From Octopus vulgaris (lineage: Eukaryota), in contig OX597814.1 of the NCBI GenBank assembly GCA_951406725.2, positions 67,146,001-67,210,000 of the forward strand: DNA of 64,000 nt, read 5' to 3'. Made by a program: the position numbers and the translations under genes. Within the stretch, counting starts at the first letter, position 1, and each line of letters begins with the position of its first letter. Below are positions 49,201-62,779 of the stretch, piece by piece. Under the pieces are notes generated by a model. That model searched no databases. It saw nothing but the letters and a program-made list of their open reading frames with translations, and was not told the DNA's origin.

Positions 49201-52200
49201 ATGGCTGGGTGAATCAGCCAGGCATTTAGGGAGTCTATTTCATGAGCACTCTTAATGCATGTTGTTTCAGTGCATCAGTCACATGCAAAGCTGTCTGCAC
49301 TGTTTGCCTAGTTGTGATTTCACTACACCTCATGTCCACAGTTGACACTGGTACAAAGTATAGAGTTCAAACTTTTCTGCATATTGAGCAAAGCCATTTC
49401 TCTGACGATACTAAAACCTTGTCTTCTTTCCTACTTAATTAGTCTTCACTACATTTACATTGAAGCCTTGCAATTCAAGGGTTCACTTCTATTCCTGGAA
49501 TTTCTTCTCCAATTCTTCTGTAAACTCAGCTATAAGAACTAGATTGTCAGAATCAAGGAGTTCCCATGGACTACTGGTCTTGTACTCCTCTCTAAAGAAT
49601 GGGAGGGAGTTAAATACAGAGCCCTCACCTATACATCTGATTTGTAGTCCTGAGTAGTTTACTCCCAGTTATTGTATATGCTACATACAACTCTTCTCAA
49701 CATTCATAGTATCAAGTAGAATTTCTTTAAACCTATTCCCAACAGCAGCAGGAAGATATAGAGATGTATGGTATAGAAGACAGCTGAAAGCTCCTAAGAA
49801 ACAACATACTAACTTAGGATGAAGTGGTGACGATTGATTAGAAGTTGCTGTGCATCTCATGAAGGAAATGACAAAGGGCTGTATGATTGAGGACACATTG
49901 CTCTGCAGAACTCAACCACCCATGACAAAGCATACTCTGACACTAGGGTAGTTTTAAGAGGCTGAAGTATTTTGTATTATGTCAAGCCTACATTTGCTGT
50001 TCCCTACCTATATTATCACCTTGCACCCTTGATCCTGCATCACATCTACCTACTGCACATAACTCCCTTTTCACTTATCTCTTTATTGCTTACATCCCTC
50101 TATCTCTTCACTACCTGTGATGACCACATTGTCCACATCACTCTGACACCACCCACCCAATGTAAGTTCTATATGAAAACTACATCAGCTCATACTTAAC
50201 CCTCTATCACACTTTCCCGTTTCTAAGTCAGAGATAAGAGACTCTCAGCACCCAATACAGTCTAAGTACACCCCTTCTGTATCACTCTGAATCTATGGCC
50301 AATGGAGGGCTTTCTCAAACTCCAAGTCATTCTTCTTCGAATTGTCTTTTCTTGTGTGTCAGATAAGCACTTATTTTTGAGCCACTAACCACTAGTATGT
50401 TGGGAGGTACATTCTTCACCTGGAAAACACTTGTAAAATTACAAGTGCTTTCTGGTGTAACTACAATTTAAAACCATGTGATTGCAAGTAAACTTTTTGA
50501 TTACAGAGCTATGTTTGTATATTTTTCCAATTAGAGCAACCATATACCTCCTCTCCACAACAGGACACCTATTTATGTCTTGCAAGTGACTTGATAACCT
50601 CACTGGTGCTGGTGCCACATAAAAAGTACTCGGTACACTCTGTAAAGTTGTTGGCATTAGGAAAGACATCCAGCCAAAGAAACCATGCCAAAACAGACAG
50701 CAGAGATTGGGGCAGACATTAAATGATATATACATTTGCTGAAACTGACATCAGTATTAAGAATTCTCAATCAGCATTTTTGGGATGATTCAGGTCCCTG
50801 TTAGTGTATAAGTTTTCATTTATGTGCATTAACTACAACATTAGAGCATTTTACCTCATATTCTAGTAATGTAGGTGTTTCTTAACAACCTAGTCACATT
50901 TAGTGACAATTATAATTCTCCTTTTTGGTGAAATATTACAACCTGCTGTTTATATTAATTATATGTATATTACACACACACCCATCACTGAACTTACTGC
51001 TGATTCTCATCTTTACTGAATGAACCACTGTACATGGCTTGCATTAGTCATAAGCCATTCATCTACACCTGGTTTCCTCCATGACCAGGTCTTTGACAGA
51101 GTAAGGAACTATGTCAAAGACCTTTTCCACATCAGAACTTCTCTCGTAGTTGTCTCAATAGGAATATGGCACCAGCAGTACTTCCTCCTAAGATGAAGCT
51201 GAACTACATTTCATTCAGGCCAACTGTGTTCCTAATCAGTTTTGCGATAATATTTCATAACCTGCTCCAGCAATTTGATGCCTCTGTAGTCACCTCTAGT
51301 GCATCTTCTTTGGCCTTGTAGCAGTTTATGCTGAAACTGCAACCCATCACTGGGTATGACACTTTTCTGTATTACCAAATTTACTATTTAAGTGACTATT
51401 CTGTACCCTACTCTGCGAAATCTTTTAAGCATTTGGGTGGGCTATCTTTGAGAGCACAACTGCTTTCCTTACCTTTGCAATCCTCACTGCTCTGTCTACT
51501 TGGAAGACTGGCCCCCTCATGTCCCTAATCATCACATCATAGAACATGTGATAGAGGACCATGTCAACTGACAATACTCAGTTTTACTGAAGCCCCTACC
51601 TCTGGCTAAAACTTAGCAAAATACTCATTAAAGAAGAGAGATAGTACACACCTCACTCTGCCTTTTAAACAATGCATGCATCGCACTTGCCTATTACATG
51701 TCATACACTCCTACATCTCACCACCATACCTATTCTGTGCCTGCACATCTCCCCAACTCACTATATGTCACTTATAATTGAAAGAAAAACAATCAGTTCA
51801 TGAGGTTTTGTAAACAAACCTAAGAAAACATGGGAAACATTACTTTCTAAATAAAAAACATGCAACCTATATGAAATGCAAACATGGATATTAACAAACC
51901 ATTTGTACACACTGTTCCAGCCACTTCTATGCATGCATAGTCTATTTGTGGTTTGTTGTACAAATTTCAGCTCATTGGTGGAACAAAATTTTCTGAAGAA
52001 AATCTAATAGCTATTCACTTTATTCATTGAATGTACCACCAGTGTATAGTCCTCAGCACTTGTACGCATGCATAATCTACTGGTGATTTCTTGTTTGAAA
52101 TTTAGTTCACGAAGCAAATGGGCTCCCAGTCAGGTATACACATGCATGATCTGCTAGTTGCTCTTTCATTAAATTCCAGCCCATTATGCAATTAATTTTC

Positions 52201-53465
52201 TTTCTTTTTTAATTAATTATTCAGTTTATTTATTTTGAAAACTATTCAGATATATAGGTTGTCCTACTGTATAAGTGTGATTATGGATGGACGGTAGATG
52301 GGAAAAGGAAATGTGAAAGAAAAAGATAAGGGTAGCAAGGGTTCAGGGGCAGCCTTTGATGAAAAGAGAGGTCTGGGAATAGTGAGGGTAGACTAGAGAG
52401 GGAAGGATGAGTTGAGCCATAAAAACTCCACACCTTACTCCTTGACACACACGCAGATAGCTACCAATACTCTTTTCTACTCAAGGTTGAAGGCCCGAAA
52501 TTGGTACTGGCAGTGATTATATTGGTTTTGGTGTTGGTGATACAGTGGTGGTGGTAGTGAAAGTTGACTTATAAATAGACATCCACATATGCAGGTTTCG
52601 TGATTATAGTTTTTGAAATTGCTAACATTATTTTGATCTCAACTAAAAACCAAGAAGTGACCTTTTGACTCAGAAGAAAGCGTGGAATTTAATTTGTTAA
52701 ATTTAGCCCAGATTCCGTAAGGACGAAATTAAAGACCGTATTCCGAAATTTGTGGTCGTACTTCACAATTTACATACATAAGCACGAAATGCCGAGGTAG
52801 TTGGAAAGCGGGGATGCCTGTCTGTATGCATAATGCAATATATACTTCTACAACTACATACAGATATATATACACACACACTTCTGTATGTGTGTGTGCA
52901 TATATTCGGTCGCCAGTCAAAATTCCCACGTATATATATATATCAAATTTAAAAACAGGGTAAAATCTATTAAAGAATTTATCAAGTAGTTAGCATGAAA
53001 AATCTCATAAGGGAAAATTCATAATTATTTCCTTTTAAATTAAATATATATATATATAATCTTCTGTGTGTGTGTGTGTTGTGTATATGTATAAACACAT
53101 ATTCTAAGTTTAACATGCGTCATTGTAATGGACATGATCATCATTCTTTTCTATATCCAATTTTCAATTTTTAGTGTAATCTGAGTGCATATGTTCGTTT
53201 TTAAGTACGCATTTAACTGTGTAATACGATTTCATTATTTTTCTGAAAACTTCTTTAGTTTGATGAAAAATAATGAAATCATACCCACACACTTTACATA
53301 AACTGCTTCTGGGTATGTAACAAAGCGACAATGTAAGAGACATTAAACAAAATACCCTAACATTTACAAAAAAAAAATAGACCTTGACGAAATAAATACT
53401 TTTCGACGAAATATCGTTGAATATATTCTATGATTGAATTAAAACCACACGAAGATGAAACCTAC

Positions 53466-53489
53466 TTGGAATATTCCTTGTTGCGGCAT
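53466..53489 (-). CDS. GPS1: CSN1/GPS1 coding exon 1 (MPQQGIFQ)
   Basis: ATG at 53489 in an AAAATG context, 8 codons, then a GTAGGT donor in phase 0. Resembles the short first exon of vertebrate GPS1 (MPLPVQVFNLQ) and joins exon 2 in frame. Confidence 0.8.
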
Positions 53490-53770
53490 TTTGGTGAGCG
53501 GAATGGCAGCGGAGGCAACACTGGAATTATGGGAATGCGCATGCTTACAATCTTGTTTATCTTCCTCTTTCATTTCTTCCGGAAGTTATTGTTATTGTCG
53601 CTTTTAATCACTGAGCGATAAGTCATGTTTTCATGACTTATCGCACAAACATTGATTAAAAGCGAAACAACCGTGACCATTTCGCCTAGTCTTCAGACAT
53701 AATGTATCGAGGATTAACTGAAATTACAAATTTTTATTCATATTTGATTTATACGCAATATGGCTGCTAC
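53490..53770. promoter_or_regulatory. CSN1 5' UTR and core promoter, possibly bidirectional
   Basis: Locally CpG-rich. NRF1-like TGCGCATGC at 53536-53544, ETS CCGGAAGT at 53579-53586, Staf/ZNF143-like TTCCCATAAT on the minus strand near 53526-53535, YY1-like AATATGGCTG at 53757-53766. Confidence 0.55.
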
Positions 53771-55137
53771 TTCTAGCAGCTCAATTGCGCAGGAAAAGGG
53801 CTCCCTTGTTGTTCCGGAAAGTTATTGTTTTGTTTATCTTGTCACTATTAATCAATTTTATCACAACTTGTTAATATTGTCCATGCTTATTTACTTCAAT
53901 AACATTGGTAAAGTACACTTTTTTTATTTACTTTCGGATAATCATAAGAGAATTAAAAGGTGGAGTTTCGGATAAGGATGCCCACATAAGTTGAATTTTC
54001 TCCATTTCAACGGGGATATTTTTCACCACGGCCTTCGAAATGATGGGGAGAGGGCAGAACCTTTTGCAACACATATTCGTAAACATGTTTTGAAAGTTTA
54101 TGAATTTTTTTCACCCACATCCGGACTGATTTCGGCTAATTTTTTTTTTCACTGGGCACTTAAAAACGACAGGAGAAGCTTTTTCATTAAAGCTGTTGTT
54201 TCTTGTACATCCTACGACTACCTGGTACTTTCCTCGTGTCTCCCTCTCCTCCCGGCTCCAACCCAGTCTGTGTACGTGTGTAAAAAAAAAAAAACATTTC
54301 TTAACTGTAAAGTATGTTATCAAAAACAAAAACAAAAAATTGAAAATATATTATTTTTTCACACACCCCACCTCCGTTTCTATTTATAATTTTAAAATGT
54401 CATTGCTGATGTTTACAGTGATTTTTAAAACGTATGTAAAAGATGATATACTTTAATAGCATACTTTTCTATTAGCTAATATGTTTTTTCTTACACAAAC
54501 ACACAGGGATTCGCTTGATATGGGGGTTAAAAATCTAAATTACCAAATACTTGCATTTTTTTTTTATCCAAAACTGCTTGGATCTTTTCTTCTGTTTGGC
54601 TGCCAGCATTTCAAAAAGTTTATCGAAAATTTCAAAATTTGGCACATTAATGTAGTTTTCCAAGCTGAATTGCTTGTGGTATTTCACTTTTTTTTTTCAG
54701 AAAAATGTTTTTAAAAAGTTATAGAGGTTTTAAAATTTGATCATTTTCGCCAGTCCGGAAACAGGATTTGAAAACTTTCATTTTGTGCATGACTGCACAT
54801 TTTGTCGTCAACATCCTGAAAGTAGCATGTGTTGTCAATATTTGTATTCTACACGCGGAAAACGAGTAAACAACACATTTTTTGCAGTTAAAATCGGCTA
54901 TAATAATGTAGCTTTCCAGTCTCGTTGCTTTGAAGGTATGATGTTGAGGAGGGAAAAAAATGGAGAAAAAGGTGACAGTGTAGCAATATCGTTCCCTCAT
55001 TGCTATCTTCACTGTTTGAGAAGAGTATTAAGAATAATCTCGTTCGAGATTACAAACATCTTCGGCTAGTTTAACATTGTTGTAAACACTAATCCGATTG
55101 GCTGACGCGTGGTCTCTACTACGTTCGCACCCCTGGG

Positions 55138-56053
55138 TGTCACGTGACGCGATTTGCCTCTGCTTATTTTCACGCCATTGTTCCAAGCAGCTAATCACAG
55201 CTTTCCATTTCTGAAGTTCGTTTTGAGCCCAATAAACCTTATAAAAGAAGGGTTCTCAGACAAATATTCGTCTTAGGTTTTTAGTTCTTTTCAGAACTAA
55301 CCTCTGACCACAGAGCTCGTCTTAGGTTACAGTCCTTTTCAGGGCGGACCTCTGACCACACAGAGCATACTCGACCATGTTCCAGTTCGAAAGGCAGGCG
55401 ACCACCATTAATACAAGATGTTAGAGGATATCTATAACTAGAGAAAAATAACCAAGCAGAATATATAATGAAGACGCAGCAAAAACCAAGCGACAGATAC
55501 AACTCATCGCCAAACATCGTCTCTATCTACGAAGGTTTAATTTGTACACAAGACAACCACAGATTCAACTCTAGCGGTTAGGTGAAAATCTCACCACGGG
55601 AAAAACGGCTACAGTTAATATATCTGGAAGTATATTCATATCGAGAGAAAGATAAACACAACAAGTGATTCAATTAATCTCGACTACGAGACGCAACATC
55701 TTGATATGGAACTCTTACCCTCCGTGTACCTCATAAACGGTAAATCAATTATCTGTCTTGAGTTCTAGTTCTTCTAAGAACTACCTCAAGCCATCTGCTA
55801 CTACCTGTTGCTAGGCCGATACCAACAACATGAACTGTGAACCAAATTCCATTGTTATTTCTCTGGTCAGTACCTCTTATGCCTCACGAACACACAGACA
55901 CAAAAACATGCTAACACTTACAAACTTCCAACCAACAGGATTGTAAAATATGTAAAATAAATAATGTATATATCTCACAAAGAAATCTCATTGTCATTCC
56001 ACTTGTGTTTTGCCGCTGTATGTATTATCTGGTCTGTAAAATAATCATTAAGA
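55138..56053 (+). mobile_element. Probable solo LTR (about 915 bp)
   Basis: Starts TGTCAC and ends ttaaGA (CA expected); 5-bp flanks ctggg/atggg; TATAAAA near 55240; short internal duplication; AATAAA near 55957. Confidence 0.45.
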
Positions 56054-56951
56054 ATGGGATCGCGTGCGATTGTATTCCCTATACAATACGACCGCATGTG
56101 ATCCTATTTTTATAACAGGTTTAAAAATTGAAAAAACTGGGTATTTTTATCCAAAGTTGAGTAACATTTTCATGCTTGGATTTGTAAACTACAATAAGAA
56201 TAACACTGGTCAACAAAGAATTTGTCCCAAAGAAAAGAATACCTGTGTCATGTTTTTGCATGCAGAATCTTTAAAAAATGTCAAATTATCTGTATCACCC
56301 ACAGTTTCTCTGTTCCATGATATCCCTCTCAGTTCCTGTTATGTGGACTAAATTTTAGTTAAGCTGTTGAAATGTGAAGCTAACGGTTTAAGAAATACTC
56401 CTAATTAAAATTTTTATGAATAGAATTAACCTAGTGAAATCATAAATCTAGCTGTTTGAGTCAATGAGTCCCAAAAATATATGAAATGAAAAATATGTAA
56501 AAATATTAACACACAGAAAAATATGTAATATACTAACACAGAAAAATTAAAACAAAACACACAGGTGAAAAGAATCTCGTGTTGTGAAAAATCAACATAG
56601 ACAACAGAGGCACAGACAAGTGAACCACAACACAGCATGCAGTTGTCATGGTAACAAGCTGCTAATGCCACGTTGTCTGTTGATTGACTAAAATTACTCA
56701 AATTTCCTAACTTTCATTTACGAGATAAAGTAATTGGTTGATTGTAATCAAAATTCAAAGTTGCATCAATACACCAAAATTGAAAGCAATCTGAGCAAAA
56801 TTAAGGGGAGTTCATTTTGCGAATGAGAAAGACTAGATCCAAAACTTAAGATTTATCCAAAAACCTTATTTAGTTGTTATTTTTAGCACACCTCACAACC
56901 ACCTCAATGACAAAAAAGAGTAAACAACATGTTTTTTATAGTTTTAAGCAT

Positions 56952-58957
56952 GTGAAGATAGCAGTGTGAGGCACAACTCTAAGGCTGTGGGTGATTTTGA
57001 TCGATCACATAGTAGACAGGATTGATGTGGTAATGGGATGGATGCAATTAACCGCCTTAGAGGTGTCAATGTTGGAGGAGACATGGTTTCATTTGGTGCC
57101 ATGAGTCAGAGATGTGAGAGGGAGCAGAGCTGTGTGAGGGGATGCACTGCCTACACCATTGAAGACAAGGATTTTCAGGTGGTGGACAATAGAGTGACGC
57201 TGGAAAGAGGAGCCCCTGATGCTGAAGAACAGGATGAGGTGCTACCAGCATACCCTGAAAGGACATGCCAGGAGCGAATTTGAAGAAGTAGTAGAGAGGT
57301 GGATTAAAGAAGGTGTCCTTACCTCATGGAAGGAAGAGGTGGTGAGCAGAGTGCCATTTCTAATGGCAATGGTGCAGTCAGCAAAGTCAGACCAGTACTG
57401 GACTTTCAGGAGATGAATGGCCATGTATTGTGCCACACAGGTGATGAAGCAAATGACATCTGTGGCGAGACGCTGCACATATGGAGACAGTCAACTAAGA
57501 CAGCAACTATTGTCGACATGAAGTCAGCATATTTGCAGCTTCATGTGGGCAACAAACTGTGGCAGTATCAGCTGGTCCAATACAGGGGCTGGACATGGCT
57601 GGGTTTTGGGCTGAATTCTGAGCTAAAGATCATGGTGACATTTCTCAAATCCATCCTGGGAAAGGTGGATAGGATAAGAAGGGCTACGAATTCCTATATA
57701 GATGACATCTTAGTGGATGAGTCTTGTGCCTGTCACAGAGGTTGTGAGACATTCGAAGAAATTTGGGCTGATTATGAAGCCACTAGAGCCAATGGCTGGA
57801 AGAGCTGCACTGGGCTTAAGCTTCAAAGAGACAGAACAGGCATGTTGGTGTTTTGAAGGGGGAATGAGATCCCGGAGCTGGATACCAATGTCAGCAGGAG
57901 AGAAGTGTTCTCGTTCGGGATATTAGTAGACATTCTTACCAGAGTGGAAAAGGCCTGGTTAAGAGAACCAGAAAAATCAAAGCAAGGGATAGCTACAGTG
58001 TGTCAGTTAAATGACTCTGAACTAAGGAGACTGCATGCCATGTATCATATGGGCATGGATAGGACCCTGTATCTCGCCAGGAGGATTGACAATGACATTA
58101 CTAGACAGAGCATCCAAAAGGTGGTCAGGAACTGCGATAGGTGTCAATCCATCGACCCTGCTCCAGGTGTGCATGAGCAGGGAAAAATTTCAGGAGAGCA
58201 CTACTGGCAGGGGACATATCTCCTGATTGGTCAACTGGGCCGGATGGCCATTTGGTGGGAATTGAGGGCTGGCACTGTAGACGAGAAGGCATGTATTCTA
58301 AATGAGGTATTCTTGGAGCAGGATCCTGTGGACGGATTGTTGATGGACAACAGCACAGTGTTTCATTTGGATTCACTGAAGGAGATGCTTGACAGGTGGA
58401 AAGTGCACTGCTTTTTCAGAGCAACATACAGGCCGAGTGGAAATGGGATCATGGAAAGACATCATCGAATGATCAATGCCATAACAAAGCGGGGACACAT
58501 TTCGCCACTGGAAGCAGTATTCTGGTACAACATGTCACCCCAATCAGGTCGGGCCGAAGAGTCCATACCACATAGAGCCATATTCAAAAATGAATGGCAG
58601 CATCCAAGTAAACCATCAGGATGCCCTGTGGAAGAGATAGGACCTGTCTTCATGGAGGAGGGAGACGAAGTCTGGATCAAGCTGCCAAAGGTACGCTGCA
58701 CAACTCAATGGAATAGTGACGGCTGTCAATTCCAAAAACAACATTTCTGTGGATGGAATGCCACAACACATCTTAAATGTTTGTAGGATTGTCGCTTTGT
58801 CAGATGATGATTGTGGAGAAGAAGAGACTGCGGTTCCCAGCTTAAGAAGATCACAACATGCAAGGCACCCACCCAGCTGGGTGGTAGATTACTAGACAGG
58901 CATCAGCGAGAGGAAGGTAGGTGAGCCCCTTTCATTTCCCACACATGACACGTCACA
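56952..58957 (+). mobile_element. Degenerate Ty3/Gypsy pol fragment (PR-RT-IN)
   Basis: VMGMDAI, KVRPVLDF, DMKSAYLQL, YIDDIL, integrase H..H..CDRC, MDNS, SGNGIMER; purine tract at about 58905-58917; RNase H mostly deleted. Confidence 0.85.
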
Positions 58958-59045
58958 TAGCTGTTATTTTTAGCACACCTCACAACTACCTCAATGACAA
59001 AAAAAGTAAACAACATGTCTTTTGTTGTTTTAAGCATTCAGTATG

Positions 59046-59624
59046 GGATCTTTTCCTTTTGAACGGCAGACAATTTCTAGTCAACTAAACACTTTAAAAC
59101 TTCGTATACTGGTAGAATGTGTCAAAATAAAACATTTTTTTTTCTTGGCTTTCTTGAGAAAATTGTAATTTGTTTGTTTAACGTAGTTTAAATTTTCGAA
59201 TTTTAACCAATCCTATGCTCTCTTTTGAGCTAAAATCATTTGCTGCGTCTAAAACTGAGACATCCTCCCCCTAACCCTAAATTTTTTTTTTATTAATTGT
59301 TAAATTAATTTAATTGTTACGCGTGTAAAAAAAACTAAAGCAATGGAAAATAATTTAAACAATTAACATACCAAATAATTCTATAGTATTATACACACGC
59401 TTTCCGTATACGTACGTTGTTTACCTAAATGGAGGTAATCGATTGGTTAAAATTGCCGAAATGCTCGGATTCTCAGACGAAATATCTTACAAACTATAGA
59501 ATTTTCTCAATAAAACCAAGAGAAAATGATGTTTTATAAACACATTCTACCAGTATACGAAGTTTAAAAGTGTTTAGTTAACTAGAAATTGTGTTGACAT
59601 CTGCCGTTCAAAAGGAAAAGATCC
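59046..59624. mobile_element. Merlin-type MITE (579 bp)
   Basis: GGATC...GATCC termini, inverted arms longer than 100 bp, exact 8-bp TSD tcagtatg at 59038-59045 and 59625-59632. Confidence 0.9.
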
Positions 59625-59899
59625 TCAGTATGTATTGAATGTGATGAACAACACATTACATGTGATAAGAAGCAACACATTACAAATTAGATATGCTTAA
59701 AAAACAAACATTTAAGCATTAGCTTGAACTTAAAAGATTTATCTAAAAACAAAATAACAAATTATAAACTAAATATTTTGAAAATTGGAAACGAAAGTTA
59801 GAATAATAAATTTCTCAAACAAATCACAATTTTCATATCTCCTGCACCACATATATTCACAGACATATGAATCTACCATTAAACAGTGAGTGCCACAGT

Positions 59900-60832
59900 G
59901 TAATTTATTATCATGCTTTACAGAGGCCCATGTACTCTCCACTTGTTGAGTGTGGGTACCATCTTTCGAATTAAAAACCCAACACTGTGTTTCACCATTC
60001 TGTTCTCAAAATTGTAACCATCAATTTCAGGAATGTGAGAGTATGTCCTCTACAAATTGTTGAAAATTGTGGTTCCTGGAAGAATCAAGTCATGTATGCA
60101 TTCTTCCAGTGTGTCATGATTCCAACATGGCACCGCATACAGAAAAAGCTGTCTGGTCTCATACACTCCACCAAAAAACCCCTGCTCAGGTAGGATCCTT
60201 CCTCAGTTGTACTTACATCTTGATCTCAACAATCTTCCCAGGATCACCAACTTGAATTGGAGGACAGAGCAAGTCCTCTGCCCATATTTCCTTAACATAG
60301 CTGTTATAATCAACAGTTGTACAATGGCTCATCCCAAGTTCGACACAAAACCAGACTGAAGTCAATTCCTTAACCCATGAGAAAAGAAAAAGCACTACAG
60401 TCCTAAGAGGAAGGGTCCCACCTTCAAACCATGTGTCTTTCCTCACTGACACGGACTCTATTCATTCTTGGTGTGAGCATCGCCAGTACACATTCCCACC
60501 ACATCATTTTGTATTCAACATGCTTCTTCCAAGTATATAATTTTCTTTTGGGTATAATAGAACACAGCGTCAACAAGTGGTTTCAGTTTCAATATATTTG
60601 TCAATACTTGCTTTCTCTCAGACAAAATAATTACTATGGAAACGTGGCTTACGATTGGCTAAAATTACCCAAAATTTTCAAACTTTAATAACTAATAACT
60701 TTATTGATTTATAGCAAAAATGATTTTCATGACATTCATTAGCCTATAAAACTGTATCATAACAATGAATACGAAGTTAATTTGAACAGAAATTGATGTT
60801 GATTGATGGTGGCAGCCAAACAGAAAAGATCC
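59900..60832 (-). mobile_element. Merlin (IS1595/ISXO2-like) transposase relic with one TIR
   Basis: SVRKDTWFE...VGDPGKIVEI...GGVYE...TLEECI...ILPGTTI; end sequence gaaaagatcc (60823-60832) is shared with the neighbouring MITE. Confidence 0.78.
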
Positions 60833-60864
60833 AATGGCTTCGCCAATGGTTTTGAAATTTATGG

Positions 60865-61240
60865 TACCAAAAAGTGGCACTATTCATGGAGGAGGGTGGT
60901 GAAAAAAGTCATAAATCATTAAAAAAAATTTTCATAAAATGCACAACATCATTTCAAAAGCCATGATGAAAAAAATTGGTAAAGTCCTTGTCAAAATAGA
61001 GAAAATTCAACTTATGTGGGCGTCCTGATCCACAACTCCCATTGTTTTGAAGGGCATATTGCCAAAAAAGTGGCACTATGCATAGGGGTGGGTGGTGAAA
61101 ATAAAAAAGCATGTTTTCACCAAAAGCCTCTCCCCCATCCGCCATCATTTCAAAGGCCATAATGAAAAAAGAATTGGTAAAATCCCTGTCAAAACAGAGA
61201 AAATTCACCGTATGTGCACTCCCTGATCTGAAACTCCATC
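60865..61240. repeat. About 195-bp tandem duplication; a related copy is inverted at about 53960-54065
   Basis: catcatttcaaa.gccat.atgaaaaaa...gtcaaaa.agagaaaattca occurs at about 60947 and 61143. Confidence 0.65.
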
Positions 61241-61306
61241 AACAGAAAATCATGTCTTCAAATGGACATATTGTATATGACAACAAGTAATTCATATATA
61301 TATATA

Positions 61307-61809
61307 CCGTAAATCCTCGAGTATAGTCTGCCCTTGAGTATAATACGCAGGGGATTTTTAGGGGGCTGTACCTCTGAAAAACATAAACCTTGTGTATAAT
61401 ATGCACCCTTTCTCTAACTTGAGTCAAGGAGGTCTATATAACATCCTTGGTTTGTAAAAATGTATACAGTATCATACTTTATTATTATTGTATATATAAC
61501 ATAATGCAAACATGTAGCTCTTTTGTGCATTTTGTTTGCAGAAAATAAAGAAATAACAGTAATAACGTTTAATTAATGTTGCTTACTGCAAGCTATGGAT
61601 GATTCTTTTATGACTTCATTACTTTCAGGCTTAGCTTAAGGTATTTTCGCGCCCAACATCACAAAATGTGTCTGAATAAACATTGCCGGACAGCAAATAG
61701 AGACTTGAACATTGCTTAGAAAATAATTTTCATTTTTAACCTCGCACTCGGGATTTTGACCTTTAAATTTGGGGAAAAAAATGCGAATTATACTCTAGGA
61801 TTTACATTG
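61307..61809. mobile_element. pogo/Tigger-type MITE
   Basis: TA-flanked ends ccgtaaatcctcgagtata / tatactctaggatttac. Confidence 0.65.
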
Positions 61810-61911
61810 TAAATAATTTGCTGTTAAATCGTATTGGTGGATAAAGGAGGAGGAAGTTGAGATGATTATTTGGGTTTACAATACTGTTGGTGATTATTAA
61901 ACATTTATGAG

Positions 61912-62120
61912 ATGGCAAGCTGGTAGAATTGTTTGCACAATGGACAAGATACTTAGGAGTATTTCATCTGTCTTTTTTGCTCAAAGTTTAAATTCTGCTG
62001 TGGTTAACTTTCACCTCTCTTTGGATCAATGAAATAAGTACCAGTCAAGCACCAGGGTCAATATATTGACCAGTTCATTCCCCCCAAAATTTCATGCCTT
62101 ATGCCTGTAGTAGAAAGGAT
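61912..62120 (+). mobile_element. tRNA-derived SINE, family A (older copy)
   Basis: Homologous to 32056-32250. Confidence 0.7.
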
Positions 62121-62417
62121 TTTATTAAACATTTATTTATATAGTGCAAATGATGCTCTTCAGTCAAAATTTTGTCATCATATGCATGAACATAGAAACA
62201 AATTTTAGTCATAGCCATCTAAAAAGCATGGCCATGCTGTAGTACTGCCTTGAAGAATCAATCTCAGTACTTATTCTTTTTTTAAGCCTGTTACATGTTC
62301 TATCAGTTTCTTTTTCTGAACCATTGAGTTTCAGGGACATAAACACACCAACAACAGTTTTCAAGTGGTTATGGGGTACAAACACAGTCACAAAGATGCA
62401 CACAGACAGGCAGGCAG

Positions 62418-62779
62418 TGGCTGTGTGGTAAGTAGCTTGCTAACCAACCACATGGTTCCGGGTTCAGTCCCACTGCGTGGCATCTTGGGCAAGTGTCTTC
62501 TGCTATAGCCCCGGGCCGACCAATGCCTTGTGAGTGGATTTGGTAGACAGAAACTGAAAGAAGCCTGTCGTATATATGTGTTTGTGCCCCTAGCATTGCT
62601 TGACAACCGATGCTGGTGTGTTTATGTCCCTGTCACTTAGCAGTTCGGCAAAAGAGACCGATAGAATAAGTACTGGGCTTACAAAGAATAAGTCCCGGGG
62701 TCGATTTGCTTGACTAAAGGCGGTGCTCCAGCATGGCTGCAGTCAAATGACTGAAACAAGTAAAAGAGTAAAGAGAGAG
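62418..62779 (+). mobile_element. Young SINE family B copy nested in an older antisense copy (62205-62922)
   Basis: A box tggctgtgtgg, B-box-like ggttcagtcc, 10-bp flanking repeat aggcaggcag at 62408-62417 and 62780-62789; antisense tail at 62205-62400 and antisense head at 62820-62922. Confidence 0.85.

Noticed and set aside
49240-49900. Possible additional RT relic
   Set aside because: Too decayed to assign motifs with confidence.
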